Shown piece by piece: positions 16,023 through 23,085 of a stretch of DNA of 64,000 nucleotides. Within the stretch, counting starts at the first letter, position 1. Each line of letters opens with the position of its first letter. The DNA comes from a virus (lineage: Duplodnaviria; Heunggongvirae; Uroviricota; Caudoviricetes), in IMG/VR virus record IMGVR_UViG_3300028571_000011. The stretch is one strand, 5' to 3'. The position numbers and the translations under genes are program-made. Under the pieces are notes generated by a model. The model made no database searches. It saw only the letters and a program-made list of their open reading frames with translations, and was not told the origin of the DNA.

Positions 16023-16409
16023 ATGCCTCTTAAAGACCCAGTTGCGAGACGAGAGTACCAGCGAAACTACAGCAGAAATCGGCTGCATACCGACCCCATT
16101 GCAAAAGCAATGCACGCGCAACGAGTTAAGAAAAACAATAAGAAAGCAAGAGAAGCCATCCGGGCTTTGGTTGACGTCTTCAGAAAAGACGGTTGCCTGC
16201 TTTGCGGAGAAAGCGACGCGTGTTGTTTAGATGCCCACCACTTAGACCCGTCATCGAAAGATTTCAGTATAGGTGAGGCTGCGAGAAGGCTCCTTACCCT
16301 CAAAAAGGTAAGGGAGGAAATTACAAAGTGCGTCTGTGTCTGTAGAAATTGCCATGCTAAGATACATGCCGGTTCTCTAGTTATAGAAAGAAACCTTTGC
16401 GGGGTATAG
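16023..16409 (+). CDS. HNH homing endonuclease
   Basis: CLLCGE...CCLDAHHLDP...CRNCHAKIH HNH motifs. Confidence 0.75.
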   Translation: MPLKDPVARREYQRNYSRNRLHTDPIAKAMHAQRVKKNNKKAREAIRALVDVFRKDGCLLCGESDACCLDAHHLDPSSKDFSIGEAARRLLTLKKVREEITKCVCVCRNCHAKIHAGSLVIERNLCGV

Positions 16410-16471
16410 AAATGGTATCTTATGGGCCTCATAAGCCCAAGTTCTCCGTTCAAGTCGGAGTCCCGCATCCA
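16398..16471 (+). tRNA. tRNA-Met(CAT) copy 3 (initiator, elongator or tRNA-Ile2 cannot be told apart)
   Basis: TGCGGGG/TCCCGCA; anticodon stem TGGGC/GCCCA; loop CTCATAA; T-arm CTCCG TTCAAGT CGGAG; CCA. Confidence 0.65.
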
Positions 16472-16477
16472 TTCAAC

Positions 16478-16536
16478 GAGCCGAATACGACCGAGGGTTA
16501 CCTGCATAAACTACCCCTCAACTGTGAACCTTGCTC
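16478..16536 (+). ncRNA. Y RNA-like element Y8
   Basis: GAGCCGAATACGACCGAGGGTTACC...CCCCTCAACTGTGAACCTTGCTC; follows the tRNA. Confidence 0.55.
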
Positions 16537-16578
16537 GTTGTCCCTTTCTCAAATGACCAGTTTAAAGGTGAAGAAGTA

Positions 16579-16818
16579 ATGGCCACAAAGAAGGTCGCAC
16601 CAGACTTTGGCAAGTCAGTCACAGACGCCACAGCCCTCCTTCGCGCGAAGGGTTACAAAGCTGAAGCCATCGACCTCTCTGCTGCTGCAGACCTCCCACA
16701 GGAGGAACTGGTGCTTGGACTCATCGGCATCATGAACTCAATGGCAAGGCGAATCTCTGCCATCGAAGAGAATCAACTCGCAGTAGAGAGACTCGCCAGA
16801 CACGGCGGAAAGAAGTGA
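16579..16818 (+). CDS. hypothetical protein
   Basis: ATG with a GGTGAAGAAG RBS; part of ORF 16531..16818. Confidence 0.45.
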   Translation: MATKKVAPDFGKSVTDATALLRAKGYKAEAIDLSAAADLPQEELVLGLIGIMNSMARRISAIEENQLAVERLARHGGKK

Positions 16819-17237
16819 CGGTAGATTACTTCTCGAAGGCCGACTGGTCTGCGGTTAGCTCATGTGCTGGTTACCCAGCAGTCAAATGCCCTGAACACCC
16901 TAAGGCATGGTCTACAGGATGGATTCACGTGCATCGACTTGTGGCAGAGCACAAGCTGGGTCGCTTACTTACTGTAAGCGAAGTAGTTCACCATGTGAAT
17001 GGTATAAAGGATGACTACAGCTTCGACAACATTGAGGTAATGGAGGACAACAAAGCACACAGAAAGGAGCATGCTAAAAGCATGACAAGAGCCGCCGTAA
17101 TGGTTAAGTGTGCTTTTTGTTCTACTCTCTTTGAAAGAGAGAAAAGACAAACAGCCAAAGCTAAAGGTCAGAAAGCCGACTACTGCAACAGAACTTGTAG
17201 TGGAAGGGCAAACGGACCGAAAAGTAATCGGAAGTAG
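16815..17237 (+). CDS. HNH endonuclease
   Basis: HVHRLVAEHKLGR...VVHHVNGIKDD..N...H. Confidence 0.7.
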   Translation: MTVDYFSKADWSAVSSCAGYPAVKCPEHPKAWSTGWIHVHRLVAEHKLGRLLTVSEVVHHVNGIKDDYSFDNIEVMEDNKAHRKEHAKSMTRAAVMVKCAFCSTLFEREKRQTAKAKGQKADYCNRTCSGRANGPKSNRK

Positions 17238-17244
17238 ATAATGC

Positions 17245-17636
17245 GCCTCCGTATCGGCTCTGACTTCTAATCTGAGTACCGTAACTGGACTTATGCAGGT
17301 TCGAGTCCTGCCGGGGGCACCATCTACGACCACGACACTCATTGGGTGTAGAACGGCCAAATGGAACGAGTTCGACCCTCGTATAGTCCACCAGTGGGCT
17401 ATGGTAGCGGACCGAGCCGGGTTCGACTCCCGGTACATCCACCAATGTCAGTGCGCTCGTAGTTCAGCTGGACGATTAAACGCGATTGGGTCACTACGTC
17501 AACTCTTTCTGCACTCGCAGCTGCTCAGGTACACACCAGAAGACTACAGTTATCACGCGCCCGTATTCCCTCGGTTTCCTAAACCGTTGAAAGGATAGTT
17601 GGATACACACAAGTTCGAGTCTTGTCGGGCGCGCCA
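17245..17636 (+). pseudogene. cluster of about 4 degenerate tRNA-like units, each ending in a T-arm + acceptor + CCA (ends at 17322, 17393, 17444, 17636)
   Basis: canonical T-arms (GCAGG TTCGAGT CCTGC; ACGAG TTCGACC CTCGT; CCGGG TTCGACT CCCGG; ACAAG TTCGAGT CTTGT), but no canonical D/anticodon arms could be folded. Confidence 0.4.
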
Positions 17637-17771
17637 AGTTAGAGAAGCAATGTGGTGTGTTTTCTGTTCGGTTCGTAAACTATCTCTTGACTCTCAAGGA
17701 AGAATTCGTTAGAAGGGGTGTATGCAAGTTGACCTCGTCAAGGTGCATGCATTCTAAGGTAGAGGTACGTC

Positions 17772-18356
17772 ATGACCGCTCAAATTCTCGTCCTCAACAA
17801 GCAATGGGCTCCCGTCGGGATCGCTGACTTGGAGCGTGCAATGGGTCTGCTCTGCACTGGAGCAGCCAAGGCGTTGGACAAGGAACATCAGATGTACGAC
17901 TTCGCGTCGTGGTCTGAACTCCGTGCTGAGTATGGGGACGCCACCGTCTCGACGCCCAACAGGGTGATCAAGATTCCTACCATCTTGGTGCTTCAGGTCT
18001 ACGACCGTCTGCCGCACATGCGAGTTCGTTTCTCGCGCAATGCTGTCTACCTGCGTGACAACTTCACGTGTCAGTACTGCGCCAAGAAGTTCCCTCGTCA
18101 GTCACTGAACCTTGACCATGTCGAGCCTCGTTCTCGTGGCGGTCGCACCAGCTGGACCAACATCGTTTGTGCCTGCTACCCGTGCAACACCAAGAAGGGA
18201 GACAAGACGCCTGCTGAAGCCGGTATGCCTCTGCTCAAGAAGCCCGCCAAGCCTCGTGTCAGTGGTCTGAATCTCGGTCGTGCAACGCCAGCTGAGTGGC
18301 TGCCGTTCATCGACCCAGTGTCAGCTGCATACTGGAATTCGGAACTCGAAGAGTGA
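17772..18356 (+). CDS. HNH endonuclease (McrA-like)
   Basis: CQYC...LNLDHVEPRSRGG..N..CACYPCNTKK. Confidence 0.7.
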   Translation: MTAQILVLNKQWAPVGIADLERAMGLLCTGAAKALDKEHQMYDFASWSELRAEYGDATVSTPNRVIKIPTILVLQVYDRLPHMRVRFSRNAVYLRDNFTCQYCAKKFPRQSLNLDHVEPRSRGGRTSWTNIVCACYPCNTKKGDKTPAEAGMPLLKKPAKPRVSGLNLGRATPAEWLPFIDPVSAAYWNSELEE

Positions 18357-18357
18357 A

Positions 18358-18410
18358 TGTCCTCAGCGCGTCGATGTAGAAGCCGATAACGGCCAAGCAC
18401 GAAGGACACA
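18358..18410 (+). repeat. hairpin element B: AATGTCCTCAGCGCGTC...GAAGGACAC (second copy)
   Basis: same 17-nt 5' flank and 9-nt 3' flank as 10852..10886; different interior. Confidence 0.5.
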
Positions 18411-18435
18411 TCCGGTAACGGGTGACGTCGCCTTG

Positions 18436-18469
18436 GAACCCAGCCCACAAAGCTGGGTTCTGTCTTTTC
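18436..18469 (+). terminator. rho-independent terminator (GAACCCAGC-CCACAA-GCTGGGTTC + TGTCTTTTC)
   Basis: 9-bp stem + U-rich tail. Confidence 0.6.
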
Positions 18470-18483
18470 AGGAGTGAAAAGAA

Positions 18484-18514
18484 AGAGAGCCCCAACCGGG
18501 GCTCTCTTTCTTTA
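18484..18514. terminator. bidirectional rho-independent terminator (AGAGAGCCCC-AACC-GGGGCTCTCT, T-runs on both sides)
   Basis: perfect 10-bp stem; AAAAGAAA upstream and TTTCTTT downstream; separates + and - gene blocks. Confidence 0.75.
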
Positions 18515-18528
18515 GCTATCAGCTAAGT

Positions 18529-19089
18529 TCAGGCGTACACGAGCGTTAGCAACGAGGTTGCTCCGTTGTCGCCAACGACCTTCAGGAGTGCGGTCTCAGC
18601 GATGTCGTCAGCAATCGAAACCACGAAACCACCAGTTGCGTTGGTGGTCAACCAGCAGCGGGTGAAGTTGGTTGCGCCAGACGCAATGTTGAGCTTCTGC
18701 GTACCGGTGGACACGGTGACGGCACCCTTGCCAACGGTGGGGGTGATGACTTCGAGGTAGATCTCGGCAGCAGCCTCAACCGCAGCACCCGAGCCATTGA
18801 CAACCTGACCGGTGACAACGCGGGCGTTGGCGCCTTCAGCGGCAGCAGCCAGCGTGATGTCGCGAATCGAGGCCATGGGCATCGACTCGATGGTGTCAGG
18901 CACGCTGGGGTCGGCAGCGACGGTCAACGCAATGGCACGAGCCGTCACAGCCGCCAGAAGAGCAGGGTCCTGAGCCTGAGCATCGGTGAGGCTCAGGGTC
19001 ACAGAACGACCAGCGCGAAGCACACGAGAGACTGGAGCAGGAACAGCGAAGCTGCCCGAGGTGATGTTCTGAACGGTAACTAGGGGCAT
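18529..19089 (-). CDS. paralog C of a 3-member family with a shared N-terminal domain (MPLVTVQN.TS.SFAVP.PV.RVLRAG.S), beta-rich C-terminus
   Basis: 186 aa; N-terminal ~70 aa conserved with 19551..20627 and 21245..22135. Confidence 0.6.
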   Translation of the reverse strand: MPLVTVQNITSGSFAVPAPVSRVLRAGRSVTLSLTDAQAQDPALLAAVTARAIALTVAADPSVPDTIESMPMASIRDITLAAAAEGANARVVTGQVVNGSGAAVEAAAEIYLEVITPTVGKGAVTVSTGTQKLNIASGATNFTRCWLTTNATGGFVVSIADDIAETALLKVVGDNGATSLLTLVYA

Positions 19090-19119
19090 GACTACCTCCG
19101 AAGATGGGACGCTGACGGC

Positions 19120-19554
19120 TTACTCTCCAGTATGGTCGGTCTCGCTTGTTTTTTTGCTATCAATGCAGTCAAGAACCTTCTCAACGAGGTAGGGATCCCA
19201 ACCACATTCTTCTTCGTGCACTGGGCAAGTGTAGGAGTAGTCCTCAGCAATCATCTGCTTCCAGTGAGCCTGTTCATGGGCAATGGAGTTCCCAACTGGG
19301 ACTCGGTTGTGTGATGCCATTCGTCCGGGTGCGAGTGCTGAGCCGACGCCAAGTGTGCAGGAGTCAACATCTCGAAGACACATTCTGGTTGTGTCCTCAA
19401 CGCAGTACACAGTCATCCTGTTCACGACGTCTACCAGTTCAGGAGTCACCTGAACTGCACACGCCATGGCCAGCTTGATGTCATCCTTGTTGCAGTTGGG
19501 ATGCTTAGAGCAAGCAGATACCAACACTATAGCAATGACAGTAGCAAGCCTCAT
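19120..19554 (-). CDS. putative lipoprotein (signal MRLATVIAIVLVSAC)
   Basis: lipobox LVSAC; start overlaps the upstream stop (ATGA) on the minus strand. Confidence 0.55.
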   Translation of the reverse strand: MRLATVIAIVLVSACSKHPNCNKDDIKLAMACAVQVTPELVDVVNRMTVYCVEDTTRMCLRDVDSCTLGVGSALAPGRMASHNRVPVGNSIAHEQAHWKQMIAEDYSYTCPVHEEECGWDPYLVEKVLDCIDSKKTSETDHTGE

Positions 19555-20627
19555 GGCAGGAAGAACTTCCGAGCAGCCTGCTTCATATCAGTGACGGTGA
19601 TGATTGTTCCGTGCACAACGAACTTGACGGCTGCAATGAGACCAGTGGTAGTTGCGTCCCCGCCTGCCATGCCATCAACAGAGAACCCAGTGTTCGCCAC
19701 TGTTGACGTGATGGGAATGTTACCAGCAGCTGCGGCAGCAGTGACACTGTTCTGCAGTGCCACTGTATTGTTTGCTCCATCAAATACCTGATTAGCATAC
19801 ACAGAAAGCGTTGCAGATGCTGCCGCAACGGACGCTGCCAGTGCGGTGGCTACCTCTGCACTGGTGTCCAAGCTTGTGATGATGACACGTCGCGTTGTTC
19901 CAGTTTCAACAACTGACGCATTCTTGTCGAAGACAAAATCAACAGCGGGGTGAACGCTATCCTGAATGGTAATCTTTTCACCCTGACTGATAAGGCTACC
20001 AGCAACACAAGTGACGAGACCTACGGCGGGGATAACTACTTCTGTCCCTAGGTACTGACCTGACCCATTGACCGTGATCCCACCTCCTCCGTAAACAACA
20101 GTGGCAGAGATGTCTGCACCATTAATAGATGATTCTACAGTCGTAGTGCTCTCTGTCGCATTGCCGTCATTGTCCACTGAGATGACACCTCTGTACCTCA
20201 TGTAGGACGTGTCCGAGTCCGGATACTCGTTAATGAGCCCGGCCCTAGGTACTATGTTAAGATGCCCGGTCACTGTCAGGTCAACGATTGCCTGCGTATT
20301 GGGTTTCACAACCCTTTCGAAGATTACCTTCGTGTAGTCGAAGTCATTGATACCAGTACCGGGCACAAGAGACTCGATCTCTTCTGCTGGGATTGATGAC
20401 ACCACAAAGATGTCTTCTTTGGTCACACCGTCTTCAGTTGTAGAAAAATCGACAACATGTACCAGCGATATCAAACCAGAAGCCTCAGCACGCCTCAGGC
20501 TGGCATCTCCAAGCTGAGCCTCCGTCAACTCGACTTCACAAGAACCACCGGCACGAAGAACTCGTGCAACTGGAGGAGGTACAGCGAAGCTGGATGCTGT
20601 GAGGTTTTGGACTCGGATGAGTGACAT
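19551..20627 (-). CDS. paralog B of the shared-N-terminus family; Gly/Thr/Ala/Val-rich fibrous-looking C-terminus
   Basis: ORF 19551..20804; conserved MSLIRVQNLTASSFAVPPPVARVLRAG begins at the ATG at 20627. Confidence 0.55.
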   Translation of the reverse strand: MSLIRVQNLTASSFAVPPPVARVLRAGGSCEVELTEAQLGDASLRRAEASGLISLVHVVDFSTTEDGVTKEDIFVVSSIPAEEIESLVPGTGINDFDYTKVIFERVVKPNTQAIVDLTVTGHLNIVPRAGLINEYPDSDTSYMRYRGVISVDNDGNATESTTTVESSINGADISATVVYGGGGITVNGSGQYLGTEVVIPAVGLVTCVAGSLISQGEKITIQDSVHPAVDFVFDKNASVVETGTTRRVIITSLDTSAEVATALAASVAAASATLSVYANQVFDGANNTVALQNSVTAAAAAGNIPITSTVANTGFSVDGMAGGDATTTGLIAAVKFVVHGTIITVTDMKQAARKFFLP

Positions 20628-20641
20628 GGTGAACTCCGTGA

Positions 20642-21223
20642 CTACACAGTCAGTATGCCAACCGTGTTGTACGACCCGTAGGCGGACTCCACTTCCTGAG
20701 GCAAAGTACCGAGTGCTTTGAGAGGTATCAGCCTCGACGGGCAAAGTGTGTGCACAGCACTGTGCGGCCACCTCCCATACCTTCTGGCTCCTTCCCATGC
20801 CCACAGGTAGGCGTTCGCTTTCCTGATATAGTCAGGAAAGTCTAGGTCGACTTTGAACAGCTTGCACAGCTTGATGGCATGCTTCTCAGCATCGTGCTCA
20901 CAGCGCTGGATGTAGTTGATTGCGTTGTTGAGGATCTTCGTGTTGACGGCCTTGTTGTTCTCCAACCAACCATCAGCAATGGCCCAAGCATTACCGTCTG
21001 AGAATCGTCCATCGATCAGCTGCTCAACATGGCCAAGCTCATGAGCCAAGACACCACACCAGTCTGACCGGCCAATGGCAACTATCATTCGACGACTTTG
21101 CTCATCAAACTGACCAATGTTTCCATCGCCAGTCTCTGTAGTCGGAGTGAGTACAAGCTCACCACTGACAACAGCCAGCCGATCCATGGCATAGGTTACG
21201 AGTCGACTCTCAGCTGGTGTCAT
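20642..21223 (-). CDS. putative Zn metallopeptidase (HELGH motif, ImmA/IrrE-like)
   Basis: VLAHELGHVEQL HExxH motif; 193 aa. Confidence 0.5.
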   Translation of the reverse strand: MTPAESRLVTYAMDRLAVVSGELVLTPTTETGDGNIGQFDEQSRRMIVAIGRSDWCGVLAHELGHVEQLIDGRFSDGNAWAIADGWLENNKAVNTKILNNAINYIQRCEHDAEKHAIKLCKLFKVDLDFPDYIRKANAYLWAWEGARRYGRWPHSAVHTLCPSRLIPLKALGTLPQEVESAYGSYNTVGILTV

Positions 21224-21244
21224 GGTCGCCTTCGTTTCCGGACG

Positions 21245-22135
21245 TTATACTCGGTTGATCACCTTGGTCATTGAGATGTAGTCGATAAACAGATTCCTCT
21301 GAAGAGTGCCTGCGGTCTTGATGATTTGCCAGTACGGACCGAACCTGACCGTGGCTTCATCCTTAACGACGTCAGATAGGTCAACATCCCATACTGGTAC
21401 ATCGTCGAATAGGATTGTGCATCTATTGCCATCCTTATCGATGGCAAACCTGATTCGAATCCAAGCACCAGCAACAACTGGGATGGTTGTTATCTGTTGA
21501 ATGGTCGAGCCGCCGAAGGCGCGCTCAGCAACCCAGAACGAAGGTGAGATGCTTGTATCTAGCAGAAGGCCAACCCCGATGGTCGGTGCTCCGTTTGCAG
21601 CGGTCTGATTCCCCATACCAAGCTTGACTGTGAAGTTTTCATCAACAGTCGGTAGTGTGGTGGAGAGCCTCGTACGCATCTCCGTTGAGAGGGCACCGAA
21701 ACCCAATGAGACCGACGCCATCCCCTGCCTGTAGAGGGCAGCAGAGGCATTGGTGGTGACTGCCATACCGATGACACCAGCTGCACCAGCGAGCACCGTG
21801 CTTGCGGTGACTGCTGCTACCACTGCACCACCAAGGCCAGCTGCTGTCCAGTTAGATTGACCCGGAAAGGAATCACAGAGGAAGTCGTCCTCAAGCCTGA
21901 CCACATTCGTCAGTGAATCGAAGGTGGGGACCTCTAGTACGTCAGGCACGCCGGGGTCTGCAGCTACAGTCACCGAGATGATACCCTTCATCACTGCATC
22001 CGCGAATGCGTTGCTCTCCAGCTGAGAATACGTCAAACTCATCTGAATGGACCTCTTAGGTCCAAGGATCCGGTCAACTGGGCTTGGAACAGTTACCTTC
22101 GACGAGAGCAAGTTTTGGATTGTAACTAGTGGCAT
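21245..22135 (-). CDS. paralog A of the shared-N-terminus family
   Basis: MPLVTIQNLLSSKVTVPSPVDRILGPKRS conserved with paralogs B and C; 296 aa. Confidence 0.6.
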   Translation of the reverse strand: MPLVTIQNLLSSKVTVPSPVDRILGPKRSIQMSLTYSQLESNAFADAVMKGIISVTVAADPGVPDVLEVPTFDSLTNVVRLEDDFLCDSFPGQSNWTAAGLGGAVVAAVTASTVLAGAAGVIGMAVTTNASAALYRQGMASVSLGFGALSTEMRTRLSTTLPTVDENFTVKLGMGNQTAANGAPTIGVGLLLDTSISPSFWVAERAFGGSTIQQITTIPVVAGAWIRIRFAIDKDGNRCTILFDDVPVWDVDLSDVVKDEATVRFGPYWQIIKTAGTLQRNLFIDYISMTKVINRV

Positions 22136-23044
22136 TCAAGACTCCTCAGATTGACGCTTCGACTCATCCATCTCAACCAGCATCGGGTCTTTGCGCTTTC
22201 TCAGCTCAGCAATAATGTCCTTAGCAGTCGAGACAACTTTAGCGTATACTGGATACAGGCGAGCAGAGAGCTTCTTCTGGTTCTCTGGAGAAAGAACGTG
22301 CCAGAATTTGTAGTGACCTCTCCAATTACTGAGGAAGTTTTTGAATGACTGATCCTTAAGGTCCAGTAATTTCCAAACAGCCCAGTCATGCTTGTCAGAG
22401 CCAGCTTTATCTGGGCCTGTATCATGCTCGATGTCCGCGACGGTCTTGTCGAACTCGATCTTGTCTAGGTACTCGACAACGGCCTGATGGAAGTAAGCAT
22501 TAGTTTCGATGGGGTGATTGACGTAGGTCTTGATACCCTTCTCTTTCTTCTCATCATTTGTCGGGTAAGACTTGATGGCATCTTCCATACTGAATCGTTC
22601 GCTATCTAGGTAGTGAACAAGCTCATGGATGAATGAAGAGCGGACAGCTTTGTCCTTAAGAACGTCGAGAGCCTTCAGCTTAACATTGTATGTTTGCTCA
22701 AATATAGAGCTTACATCCGCCACCACGATGGATGTATCCTTGGGACGGAAGAAGGTTTCCTCACCCTCGTGAGCAACCAGAGTCAGCTTCTTCAGGACAG
22801 GGTCGTCGGTCAGTTTCATCAACGGTAGGCGAGCACCTTGGTCCACGGTCACCTGAACGTACTGTGCAACACCTGACTTCAATATGCGCTGAATCTCGTT
22901 GTAGAGCCTGACGGCCTCGCGGCGGAACTCTTCATCCTTCGCCCGAGCTTCAAGCTCAGCGGCGGCTGTGAGCAACGTGTGAGCCACGTGGATGTAGTCC
23001 AGACTGTCCATGGTACAGGATGCACCAAAAAGAGAAGCGGCCAC
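22136..23044 (-). CDS. hypothetical protein with a HExxH motif (IHELVHYLD), possible metallopeptidase
   Basis: 302 aa; GTG start with an AGGAGA RBS; alternative ATG at 23011. Confidence 0.45.
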   Translation of the reverse strand: MAASLFGASCTMDSLDYIHVAHTLLTAAAELEARAKDEEFRREAVRLYNEIQRILKSGVAQYVQVTVDQGARLPLMKLTDDPVLKKLTLVAHEGEETFFRPKDTSIVVADVSSIFEQTYNVKLKALDVLKDKAVRSSFIHELVHYLDSERFSMEDAIKSYPTNDEKKEKGIKTYVNHPIETNAYFHQAVVEYLDKIEFDKTVADIEHDTGPDKAGSDKHDWAVWKLLDLKDQSFKNFLSNWRGHYKFWHVLSPENQKKLSARLYPVYAKVVSTAKDIIAELRKRKDPMLVEMDESKRQSEES

Positions 23045-23085
23045 TAGGACCGCTTCTCCTCAACCACTTTTCAGTGAAAGCCAGA

